Of a DNA stretch of 64,000 nucleotides, positions 49,673 to 59,600 are shown piece by piece (within the stretch, counting starts at the first letter, position 1; every line of letters begins with the position of its first letter). The position numbers and the translations under genes were made by a program. The notes under the pieces were generated by a model that was given only the letters and a program-made list of their open reading frames with translations, ran no database searches and was not told the DNA's origin. The DNA comes from Deltaproteobacteria bacterium (GTDB lineage: Bacteria; UBA10199; JACPAL01; JAHFST01). The DNA is taken from the NCBI GenBank assembly GCA_023265625.1, contig JAHFST010000004.1, positions 129,709-193,708 of the forward strand. Reading direction: 5' to 3'.

Positions 49673-50679
49673 AGATTATGAATAAAACGATCAATCTGAC
49701 TGGCCTTGCCTGTCTCATGCTTTTTTGGCTTGGATGCCAAGCTGCCGAACAAACCTCTTTGCCAAGGGAGCAAGTTATCACCCCCATTAGGATCGAGTTT
49801 GGTGCCTTAACCACCAACGTTCCAAGCAATGTGACTAAGATCAATTTAACGGTGACCGGTGGAACCGATTTTACGCCGATTTCAGACACAATCAGCATTT
49901 CTAGTTCACAGCAGGCCTCTTTCTCTAAAAGCATCCAAGTCGGCAGCCAAAGAGTCTTCACGGTGATCGCCAATGATTCAACGGACCCAAAGATTGGCTA
50001 CAAGGGAGTGTCCACGTTGGACATAGACTCGTCTTCCAGCTCAGTCCCGGTGTCTCTCCAGTACGTAAATTTTGCCCACGATTCCACCGGTGATGTGGGC
50101 GGCAGCGGCTTGGATATTATTGGCGTCAGCTTGAGCACGTCTGACAATGGAACCGCCACCGTTACTTCAGATGATATCTACCTTATCGCATTAACCATGG
50201 CGCAACCCATTCAGCCGGGGAGTTTCGTCGCCTTCATTGAATTTGATACCGATGAAGACCCTGATACGGGCAGGACTCAAACCAAAATTGACGCCCTGAG
50301 CGGCAGTGTAACCACCGGATTCAATTCTGGTTCGGAGTTTTATATGGTTTTACAAGATTTTGGGTCAGTATCATCTGCTTATAGTGTCAGTCTCTTTGAT
50401 AGGAACGATAACTCGGTGGACGTACCACAAACCGCCAACCTGGCTGCGGTCGCGAATGGTCCGAATATCATCCATTTGGCTATCAACTCCAGCGCCTTTG
50501 CCTCATTGATTGATGCCGACCAAGTCGGGGGGCTCAATGTGTTGGTTGGGGCGAAGAGCCCGCAGACGAGTCTGCTCCCTCCCAACTTTACCGCCTTCAC
50601 GCCAAGCGATGTGATGTTGGATCTGGATACCATTAGCACAATTCATTATGATCCAAGTTTTGATACGTCCGGTCTCTAA
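49669..50679 (+). CDS. Hypothetical lipoprotein
   Basis: 336 aa. It has a lipobox (WLGC) and a Ser/Thr/Asp-rich mature region. Confidence 0.5.
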   Translation: MKIMNKTINLTGLACLMLFWLGCQAAEQTSLPREQVITPIRIEFGALTTNVPSNVTKINLTVTGGTDFTPISDTISISSSQQASFSKSIQVGSQRVFTVIANDSTDPKIGYKGVSTLDIDSSSSSVPVSLQYVNFAHDSTGDVGGSGLDIIGVSLSTSDNGTATVTSDDIYLIALTMAQPIQPGSFVAFIEFDTDEDPDTGRTQTKIDALSGSVTTGFNSGSEFYMVLQDFGSVSSAYSVSLFDRNDNSVDVPQTANLAAVANGPNIIHLAINSSAFASLIDADQVGGLNVLVGAKSPQTSLLPPNFTAFTPSDVMLDLDTISTIHYDPSFDTSGL

Positions 50680-50700
50680 ACGTGTTATACTCTAGACCCT

Positions 50701-51564
50701 ATGAAAATACGCTTCTGGGGGGTTCGCGGTTCTATCGCTTCGCCGGGTTCAGACACCGCCCACTTCGGTGGTAACACCTCCTGCGTTCAAGTCATTGACC
50801 AGGGAGCGATGCTGGTCCTGGATGCGGGCACTGGGGCTCGTGGTCTCGGGGATTATTTAATCACTTCCAAGGCTCATTCTCTCAAAGATGTCCATGTCCT
50901 CTTGTCTCATTTTCATACCGATCATATCTGCGGGCTGCCATTTTTTGCCCCGCTCTATCAGGCAAAGGTCAATCTTCATCTCTACGGCCCCAAAGGATTT
51001 CGACGGCAACCCAGTGCCATTTTGGCCTCATTTTTTGCCGAGGAATTTTTCCCGATCGCCGTCACAAAACTCCCGGCCCAACTGGATTTTCATCCCCTGG
51101 GAAACGAGACGTTTGAGATCAACCCGTTTCAAATCACTTCGTTTTATGTCAACCATCCCGGCAGTGCCCTAGGGTACGTCATCCAGAGCAAACAATGCCG
51201 CATCGCCTATCTCAGCGACCATGAACCGATGAAGCAATACCAACACATCAAACAATCAACTCTCTTACATTATGAAAAGCTCCTTTTGGAGCACCTGGGG
51301 GGCGTCGATCTGCTCATCCACGATGCCCATTTTACCGATGCGGAGTATCCCAACTATCGCGGTTGGGGGCACTCCCCCTGGAGCGAAGCCGTTGCCCTGG
51401 CCGTCTCCTGCCGTGTCAAACACCTCGTGCTGTTTCACCACGCCCCCACCCACAGTGATGCGATGCTCAAGAAAAACCTACGCCAACTTCAGGCCCAGTT
51501 AAAAAAGAAAAAATCCCCCCTCAAGGTCTCGCTGGCCCGTGAGGGGACAACCATCACCTTGTGA
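50701..51564 (+). CDS. MBL-fold metallo-hydrolase (candidate class II-like cyclic-nucleotide phosphodiesterase)
   Basis: 287 aa with an HFHTDH metal-binding motif. The N-terminus is IRFWGVRGS. Confidence 0.6.
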   Translation: MKIRFWGVRGSIASPGSDTAHFGGNTSCVQVIDQGAMLVLDAGTGARGLGDYLITSKAHSLKDVHVLLSHFHTDHICGLPFFAPLYQAKVNLHLYGPKGFRRQPSAILASFFAEEFFPIAVTKLPAQLDFHPLGNETFEINPFQITSFYVNHPGSALGYVIQSKQCRIAYLSDHEPMKQYQHIKQSTLLHYEKLLLEHLGGVDLLIHDAHFTDAEYPNYRGWGHSPWSEAVALAVSCRVKHLVLFHHAPTHSDAMLKKNLRQLQAQLKKKKSPLKVSLAREGTTITL

Positions 51565-53471
51565 AGAAATTCCTTCTCGCATTTATTCCCGCCTTCTTCT
51601 TCTGCCTGGTTTTGTTGTTGGATCTTCCCCTCACGCGTTGGTTGGAACTGCGTTCCATTGATTGGCGCTTTGCCTGGCGCGGATCCATCCCCGCCACGGG
51701 CGAGGTGGTCATCGTCGCGATTGATGAAAAAAGTTTAAATGCGGAGGGCCGTTGGCCTTGGCCCAGGAAAAAAATTGGGGAATTGATTGACCAGATCAAT
51801 AGTCACCAACCTAATCTGCTGGAAATGGACATTATCTTCGCGGAACCGGATCAGGACGATCCAAGCCTAGCCGCCGCCTTACACCGCAGTGCCAATACCA
51901 TTTTGGGTTATTTCTTCTTCCAAAGTGAAAAAGAAGTATCGGACGCCGCCATCTCGCCAGAGAAGGTCGAGAGAAGTTTTCAATCCGTCCTCCCCACGGC
52001 CTTCCCAGAAATTACCGGCTTACAAGAAACCCTCCCCAATATGGGGGGATTGATTGCCAATACACCTCAGATAGCCGCCGCCACTTCGTCACAGGGTTAC
52101 TTTAATGCCTTTCCAGATGCGGATGGAACCATCCGACGTTTCCCCGTGATGATCCAGTTTCGTCACAAGATCTTTCCCTCCATGGGATTAGAAACGATGG
52201 TCCATCGAGAGGGAGGATTTTCCCCCATCCCGGTCCAAGACGGCGATGGCATCCTGCAAGGCATGAGCCTGGGGAGTCGATTCATCCCTACGAGTTCACG
52301 CGGCGAGGTTTTGATCAATTACCGGGGCGGGGAAGATCGATTTAACATCTACTCGGCCACCGATATCTTGCATGGCCTGGTCCCCTCCGAAGCCCTGCGA
52401 GGCAAAACTATCCTCGTAGGGGCTACCGCCATCGGCATCTACGACCTCCGCGTCACGCCCATTTCTCCCAACCTGCCCGGGGTGTTGGCTCAAGGTAATT
52501 TGCTGGACAATCTTTATCGTGGTGATTTTTTAGTCCAGAATTTTTCCACCAAACTTATTTCGCTGGGGGCCTTGATCGTCATGTCCCTCGTCCTCTCTTG
52601 GTCACTCTACCGGCTCAGCCTCCTGCTGGGGTTACTCCTCACCGTTGTCATCATTGGGAGCTATGGCCTCATCGTGCAATGGTGCTTTCAACACGGCTGG
52701 GTATTGTTCCTAGTCACCCCGATCCTTGCCGCCGTCACGCTCTACATGATCATCACCATTTACCGGGGCCTGACCGAAGAACGACAAAAGCGCGAACTCC
52801 GCAAGGCGTTTCGTTCGTATTTGCACCCCGACATTGTGGAAGAAATTATCAAAGACCCGACGGCCTTGAAACTCGGGGGGCAGCGCGCCGAGTGCACCAT
52901 CCTCTTTTCGGACGTCCGCAATTTCACCACCATCTCTGAACAGATGGCGCCGGAGACGCTCGTGCAAATGATGAATGAATATTTTGATCCCATCTCGCGG
53001 GAGATCATTGCCGCCGGGGGCTACATCGATAAATTTATCGGGGATGCCGTCATGGCCATCTTTGGCGCCCCCAAGAGCACCCCGGACCACCCCTTCCAGG
53101 CCTGCCAAGCCGCCCTCGCCATGCAGCGCAAGGTGAATGAGCTGGCCCCTCACTTTCGGGAAAAATTCGGCATCCCGGAATTCAAGATCGGCATCGGCCT
53201 CCACACCGGCCCGGTCATCATCGGCAACATGGGCACCAGCGAACGCCTCAACTACACCGTCATGGGCGACTCGGTCAACCAAGCCGCCCGCCTGGAGTCC
53301 TCCACCAAAGGGCTCGGGGTCACGATCCTCATGAGTGAACAAACCCAATCCAAACTACCCCCGGCGATAAAAAGTCGATTCATCGAAGAAATTAGCGTGA
53401 AGGGGAAGGCGGATAAGATCCGGGTCTACGAACTACTCGCCACTAATTCTCTGGATTCCTCGGAAACTTAA
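51561..53471 (+). CDS. CHASE2-sensor class III adenylate/guanylate cyclase (second copy)
   Basis: 636 aa with CHASE2 region, TM helices and a cyclase domain (FSDVRNFTTISE, FIGDAVMAIFGAP). Confidence 0.8.
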   Translation: MKKFLLAFIPAFFFCLVLLLDLPLTRWLELRSIDWRFAWRGSIPATGEVVIVAIDEKSLNAEGRWPWPRKKIGELIDQINSHQPNLLEMDIIFAEPDQDDPSLAAALHRSANTILGYFFFQSEKEVSDAAISPEKVERSFQSVLPTAFPEITGLQETLPNMGGLIANTPQIAAATSSQGYFNAFPDADGTIRRFPVMIQFRHKIFPSMGLETMVHREGGFSPIPVQDGDGILQGMSLGSRFIPTSSRGEVLINYRGGEDRFNIYSATDILHGLVPSEALRGKTILVGATAIGIYDLRVTPISPNLPGVLAQGNLLDNLYRGDFLVQNFSTKLISLGALIVMSLVLSWSLYRLSLLLGLLLTVVIIGSYGLIVQWCFQHGWVLFLVTPILAAVTLYMIITIYRGLTEERQKRELRKAFRSYLHPDIVEEIIKDPTALKLGGQRAECTILFSDVRNFTTISEQMAPETLVQMMNEYFDPISREIIAAGGYIDKFIGDAVMAIFGAPKSTPDHPFQACQAALAMQRKVNELAPHFREKFGIPEFKIGIGLHTGPVIIGNMGTSERLNYTVMGDSVNQAARLESSTKGLGVTILMSEQTQSKLPPAIKSRFIEEISVKGKADKIRVYELLATNSLDSSET

Positions 53472-54936
53472 AGAACGGCAACCGAACATTGTTGATCAAC
53501 AACTGATCCGCCCGGATCGCTTCGGGGGGTTCGTAGCCGACGAGGCCGCCGGCGGTCACGTAGTCATCCTGTTCCACACCGTCACCGGAGACGCCCAGGC
53601 CGCCGACCAAGACCATCTGGCCAGCCACGTCGGGTTTGTAGAGAGGGGAACTGCCGGGGAAGAAGACGATGCCGTTTTGGTTGGCGTTGGCCGGCTGGCG
53701 ACCCTGGGTGCAGGGGTTGGCGTCGTCAAAATTAAAGATGTCGCGAAACGGGCCCGGGCTCGTGCCGTCAATCCCGGAAGGAAAAAAGGGTTGGGAACCG
53801 AACCCGATAGTGCGATTGGTGATCGCGGTTCCCAGCGGAATGCCGGGGATCTGGTCGGCGGCGGCTACCGAGGTGCCACTAAAATAGGTCACATTGCGCG
53901 CCTTGGCCACCGCCACATCGATACTGAAAACCGTGCTATCCACCATGCGGTTAAGCCCCAAGACATTCCCCGCCAAGTCCGTCACGGCGATCACCATCTT
54001 GGCGCGTTGGCTGAGCGGGAGACGAATGGCCGCTCGGGTGAGATTGGCACGGGCGATGGCCTGGTCAATGATGGTTCGCACATCGGTCGCCAATAACTTG
54101 GGGCTGTCCGCTGTCGGGCTGTCGATCGGTGTCACCAAATCCCCATCCGGGGCAATGCCACCCGCAATCGGGACGACATTATAAACGCCATTGTCACTCC
54201 CCGCATTCGAACCGTCGGGTCGTGTCATCTGCTCCACAAACGGCAGTGCCACTCCATCAATAAAAATAACCCCAGGATCTGCCGGAGTGGGTGGAAAGAG
54301 CGCAAGCCCCTGCACCGCCGCAAACTCGGCCCGATCCGTTGAGACACCGGCCACGCCTAAGCCTCCCACCAATCGCCCCCCTTGAAATAAAGGTACCCCA
54401 CCCGGTGTCACGGTAATTCCATTTCCGGGCGAAACCCCATCCAAGGCCGTCGCCGGAGCGATCACCTTCCCGGCCGCAAAAACGGTATTGAACGAACAAC
54501 CGCGATTGGTGTGTTCAATACCAAACAAGGCCCCGGAGGCCGTATTCATAATCCCCGGGGGGAAATGTTCGCGACTAATGGAGTTCACCGTCCGGCTGGA
54601 GAGCGGGGCCTGGTCATTGGAAAAAAAAGCCCCGGTACGTGCCAAAGAAAGGGCCACCTCTTGATCAGCGGCCACGGCCCCTGGTTTGCTATAAACCGCC
54701 AAGGGCGTCCCGGCCCGGTCCACCACCGCAATGGTCTGGGTCGCATCATCCAAGGCCAGAGCCGCGGCTTGCACCACCGACGTCACATCCACCGCCGTCA
54801 GCGGGATGGGCGGCACGGAGATGGTTAAATCAACCGGAATGGCCGCTTTTTCCTGACAGGAAATCCCCGTAAGAAAGATCGCTATTAAGGAGACTAAATG
54901 CTTTTTTTTCCTATGCATTCGTTGTATGCCCGTCAT
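53443..54936 (-). CDS. Lipoprotein with two GlcG/HbpS-like (DUF336) domains
   Basis: 497 aa with lipobox LTGISC. There are two copies of a ...PLFQGGRLVGGLGVAGVS... / ...MVLVGGLGVSGDGVEQDD... type motif. Confidence 0.45.
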   Translation of the reverse strand: MTGIQRMHRKKKHLVSLIAIFLTGISCQEKAAIPVDLTISVPPIPLTAVDVTSVVQAAALALDDATQTIAVVDRAGTPLAVYSKPGAVAADQEVALSLARTGAFFSNDQAPLSSRTVNSISREHFPPGIMNTASGALFGIEHTNRGCSFNTVFAAGKVIAPATALDGVSPGNGITVTPGGVPLFQGGRLVGGLGVAGVSTDRAEFAAVQGLALFPPTPADPGVIFIDGVALPFVEQMTRPDGSNAGSDNGVYNVVPIAGGIAPDGDLVTPIDSPTADSPKLLATDVRTIIDQAIARANLTRAAIRLPLSQRAKMVIAVTDLAGNVLGLNRMVDSTVFSIDVAVAKARNVTYFSGTSVAAADQIPGIPLGTAITNRTIGFGSQPFFPSGIDGTSPGPFRDIFNFDDANPCTQGRQPANANQNGIVFFPGSSPLYKPDVAGQMVLVGGLGVSGDGVEQDDYVTAGGLVGYEPPEAIRADQLLINNVRLPFFKFPRNPEN

Positions 54937-54973
54937 ACCTAAACTCGTTTATTTTCACAATGGATAAGGAAAC

Positions 54974-56674
54974 TTGAGGACAATTTCTTTCGTTCTGTTG
55001 ATACTCCTCCTGACCTGCCAGGTCTGGCCCCACCATGCCTCGGCCCAGGTACTGCATCGCCGTCCCGTCACAAAAATGGTGAAACATCCCGAGACGCTCC
55101 CAAGTGAATCCGGTGATTTTCACCTGGGCTCAGAACCTATCCCGGACCGGTGGCAAATCAAGCCCCCACCCTATTCGGTCAATCAACCGGGTCATCTCTA
55201 CGACCCTTATAATCAAAATATCCTCAAGGGCGATTACCCGATCCTGGGACAAAATACCTTCCTGATCCTGACAGGTACCAGCGAGACCGTCATCGAAGCA
55301 AAAAAACTCCCGATCCCCAGCGGGGCTAGCGCGGCGGGTGCGGGCCGATTTAATTTTTTCGGCAATGGCAACCTCCTCGAGGTCAATCAACGGTTCAAAC
55401 CCACATTCCAACTCTACCACGGCAACACGGCTTTTAAGCCGCGCGATTGGGAGCTCCGCATCACCCCAGTGTTCAATCTCAACGCCTTGAACTCCCGCCA
55501 GCGCGGCGTGGTCAACGTCAATGTGCAAAATGGCACGAGTCGATTCCAATTTGATATCGCCCTACAGGAGGCCTTTGCCGAGTACCATCTCGTCAATGTC
55601 TCTCCTTACTATGATTTCATCTCGATCCGCGGGGGGATCCAACCCTTCACGAGCGATTTTCGTGGGTTCATCTTCAGTGATACCAACCTCGGCGGAAGGA
55701 TCTTTGGCAATTTATCCAACAATCGCTACCAGTGGAATTTGGCCGCCTTTGACATGCTGGAAAAAAGCACCAACAGCGAACTCAACACCTTTGCCCGCCG
55801 CGACCAGGAAGTCTTGATTGCCAATCTATACGCCCAAGATTTTTTTGGGCTGCTCGGTTGGACCAATCAATTCAGCGTCCATTGGAATCATGACCAGGGC
55901 TCCACGCATTATGACATCAACGGTGTCTTGACGCGCCCCGCCCCCATTGGGGCCGCTGTCCCACACAGGATTGATGCGGTCTACTTAGGCTGGACCAGTG
56001 ATGGTAAGATTGGGCGCGTCAACATCAACCACGCCCTCTATTTTGCGTTGGGGGAAGACAACTTGAATCTGATCGCCCAGCGTCGCACCAAAATCAACGG
56101 AACCATGTTTGCGCTAGAACTCTCTTATGATCGTGATTGGTATCGGCTTAAGAGCTCCTTCCTGTATGCCTCCGGCGATTCTAAACCACAAAATGGCACC
56201 GCCACTGGTTTTGATTCCATCCTCGACCTGCAAAAATTTGCCGGGTCGGAAAACAGTTTCTTCAACCACCAAGCCATTCGTTTGCTCGGGGTCAACCTGG
56301 TCCAAAAAAATAGCCTCCTCCCCAGCCTGCGCAGCAGTAAGATCGAAGGACAGTCTAATTTCGTGAACCCGGGGCTTTGGCTCTACAGCGTCGGAAGCGA
56401 TCTGGAATTGCGACCGGATCTGCGGGCGTTTGTAAACGTCAACTATCTCCGGTTTGACAATACCGCCTCTCTGCAATTGCTGCTCAATCAGGGAAATATC
56501 CGAAAAGACATCGGGGTCGATTACAGCCTGGGCTTGCAATACCGTCCGTGGCTGAATAACAATGTGATCGTGAATCTCTCCCAGGCGGTGTTTCAACCAC
56601 TGGGCGGGTTTCGGGATATTTTGACGTCTAATGTTTTGTATTCAACGACGATGAATGTGGTGGTGACGTTTTGA
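54974..56674 (+). CDS. Outer-membrane beta-barrel protein (candidate porin partner of the downstream cytochrome)
   Basis: 566 aa. It has a signal peptide (ASAQ), alternating hydrophobic beta-strand pattern, and a C-terminal ..NVVVTF. Its stop overlaps the next ATG. Confidence 0.6.
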   Translation: MRTISFVLLILLLTCQVWPHHASAQVLHRRPVTKMVKHPETLPSESGDFHLGSEPIPDRWQIKPPPYSVNQPGHLYDPYNQNILKGDYPILGQNTFLILTGTSETVIEAKKLPIPSGASAAGAGRFNFFGNGNLLEVNQRFKPTFQLYHGNTAFKPRDWELRITPVFNLNALNSRQRGVVNVNVQNGTSRFQFDIALQEAFAEYHLVNVSPYYDFISIRGGIQPFTSDFRGFIFSDTNLGGRIFGNLSNNRYQWNLAAFDMLEKSTNSELNTFARRDQEVLIANLYAQDFFGLLGWTNQFSVHWNHDQGSTHYDINGVLTRPAPIGAAVPHRIDAVYLGWTSDGKIGRVNINHALYFALGEDNLNLIAQRRTKINGTMFALELSYDRDWYRLKSSFLYASGDSKPQNGTATGFDSILDLQKFAGSENSFFNHQAIRLLGVNLVQKNSLLPSLRSSKIEGQSNFVNPGLWLYSVGSDLELRPDLRAFVNVNYLRFDNTASLQLLLNQGNIRKDIGVDYSLGLQYRPWLNNNVIVNLSQAVFQPLGGFRDILTSNVLYSTTMNVVVTF

Positions 56675-59600
56675 TACCAATGGACAAGGACGGGCGCAAT
56701 AAATTGCGCCCCTACAGGAATCCTGTGCGACAAAAATTATTGCTGATTACTTCCCTCGTCATCATTGCGGCGCCCCTGTTTTCTCTCGACCGCCGAGACG
56801 ATCCCCTGCTCCGCCAAACCCCCGCGGAGGAAAAAGTTAAGAGCGCCGGTTGCCTCACCTGTCACACCGATATTGAACCCATGCACGCCTCGCCCAACGT
56901 GCGACTCGGCTGTACCGACTGCCATGGCGGCCATGAAAATATTGAGCTGCCCGCCGGGGCGCAAAAAGGCGGCCCGGAGTATGAGCGCGTCAAACAGCAG
57001 GCCCATCCTAAACCCACTTACCCAAAACGTTGGCCCAGTGCCGCCAATCCGGTACGTCCCTACAGCCTGACTTTGAAAGAAAACAAAGAATGGATTCGTT
57101 TTGTCAACCCGGGCGATTTCCGGGTCGTCGACCAAACCTGCGGCCGCTGTCATACCTCGGAGGCGTATCGATCCCCGCGCAGCGTCATGACTCATGTGGC
57201 CCCCTTCTGGGGGGCGGCCGCCTACAACAATGGGATCGTGGCCCCGAAACTGCCGTTCTTAGGAGAAAGCTATTCTCCCGAGGGCATTGCCCGCAAGCTT
57301 ACGACGGTGCCGCCACCTTCTGCGGCTGAGACGAAGCGAGGGATCATTCCCGTGACGGTTCCCCTGCCCCGCTGGAATATCACCCAACCGGGGGATATTG
57401 CCATTCGCTCTTTTGAGCGGGGTGGGCGTGTCAGCCGAATTGATCCCAGTGAGATCGGCAATCCAAACCTGTCTGAATTAGACGATCCGGGGCGCCCCGA
57501 TATGAAGCTCTCCGACCGAGGGCTCGGGACCCAATTGTTGATCAGTTCGCCGGTGTTGAATATTCACAAGACACGGCTCAACGACCCTCACCTGTCGCTC
57601 TTCGGCACCAATGACCATGCGGGTGATTACCGCTCGAGCGGGTGTACGGCCTGTCATGTGATTTACGGCAACGACCGCGATCCGGAACACTCCGGGCCCT
57701 ACGCCAAGTATGGCCATAACGGGACAAGTTCCAGTAAGGATCCAACGATCCCCAAAAACGAATCAGGGCATCCCATCCAGCACCGTCTCACCAACGCGAT
57801 CCCGACCAGTCAATGCATGGTCTGCCACATGCATCAGCCCAATGCCTTCGTGAATACCTACCTGGGCTATCAGATGTGGGATTATGAATCCGACGGGGAA
57901 TTTTTCTACCCGAAAAAACAACAACAACTCACCCCAAAGGAACGGACTGAAGCCTTGGAGTCAAACCCGGAAGGGGCCGTGATTCGTGGCCTCTGGAACG
58001 ATCCAAAATTTTTAAACCACGTCTCGGAACTCAATCCAAAATTAAAGACCACGCAATTTGCCGACTACCACGGCCATGGTTGGAATTTCCGCGCGGTCTT
58101 CAACAAGGATCGACGCGGTAACCTCTTGGATGCCAGCGGCCACAAGGTCTCCGACACCGATCCGGCCAAATTTAAAAAAGCGGTGCACCTCAAAGACATC
58201 CATCTCGAAAAGGGCATGCACTGCGTGGATTGCCACTTTAACCAAGACGCCCATGGGGACGGCAAGCTCTACGGGGCCTATGCCGATGCCGTGGCCATTT
58301 CCTGCGTGGATTGCCATGGCACCTTTCGGGAACGCGCCAAGATAGAGGCCACCGGCCCTGCCGGTCAGGGGTCCTTGGCCGACACCGTCACTACGTTTGG
58401 CAAGCGACGCTTTGTCTGGCGCGGCGGTGAACTCATCCAGCGTTCCTCGCTGTATGCGGACAAGGAATGGGCCGTGCCACAGGTGGTAGATTCCATCACG
58501 CCCGGTTCGACACACTTTAATCCCAAGGCGTACCGCGCCAAGACCATTGTGGCCTCAGACGGTCATCAGGTCGCACACGACTACGATAAGATGACTTGCT
58601 ATACCTGCCACACCAGCTTTGTGACCAACTGCTTTGGTTGCCACCTGCCGCAAAAGGCCAACGAGAAGCGCGAGATGAAACATTTTGAAGGAGAGACCTC
58701 GCGTAACTGGACCTCCTACAACCCTCAGGTCCTCCGTGATGAAGGCTATATGCTCGGGAAATGGGGACCCAGCAAGGGTGGGAAGATAGCCCCCGTGCGT
58801 TCCTCAAGCGCGCTGCTCATCAGCTCGATGAACGCCAATCGGGAACAGATCTATTTTGAACAGGCCCCAATCTCAACGCCTGGATATTCTTCCCAGGCCT
58901 TCAATCCGCATTATCCCCATGCCGTGCGCAAGACTGAGACGAAGACGTGCACCGATTGCCACATCTCGGATAAGAATGACAACAACGCCTGGATGTCCCA
59001 ACTCCTGCTATTCGGCACCAACATGGTCAATTTCATGGGACGCTACGCCTATGTTGGATTGGCGGGTGAAGGCTATGAAGCCGTCAAGGTCATCGAGACC
59101 GAGGAACCGCAGGCCGTCATCGGGAGTTATCTCCAGTCCCTGGCCTACCCGGCCGATTATCAAAAACATCTTGAGAAAAAATCCATCTTACAGACCGGTT
59201 ACCATCATCACGGCGACACCATTAACTGCCTACAACTCCGCGGGGAATACCTCTATGCGGCGAATGGCCAGGATGGTTTGCGGGTTTACGATGTGGCGAA
59301 TGTCGACAACAAAGGTTTTTCCGAACGTACCGTCACCTCCCCGGTTTCACCACTCGGCCAGCAAACCCATGTGGCAAGTAAAGAGGCCACCTGTGTCGCC
59401 CTGCCAACCAACATGCCGATCGATCCCACCCGCAAGGTCGCCGCGGAAAATCAGGAACAAGCCTGGCATCCCCTCTACCACTATGCCTACGTCTCCGATC
59501 GGGAAGAGGGTCTCATTGTGGTGAATGTGGATACCTTGGCCGATGGCAACCCACGAAACAATTTCCTCAAACGGGCCCTGACCTACAATCCCGATAACTT

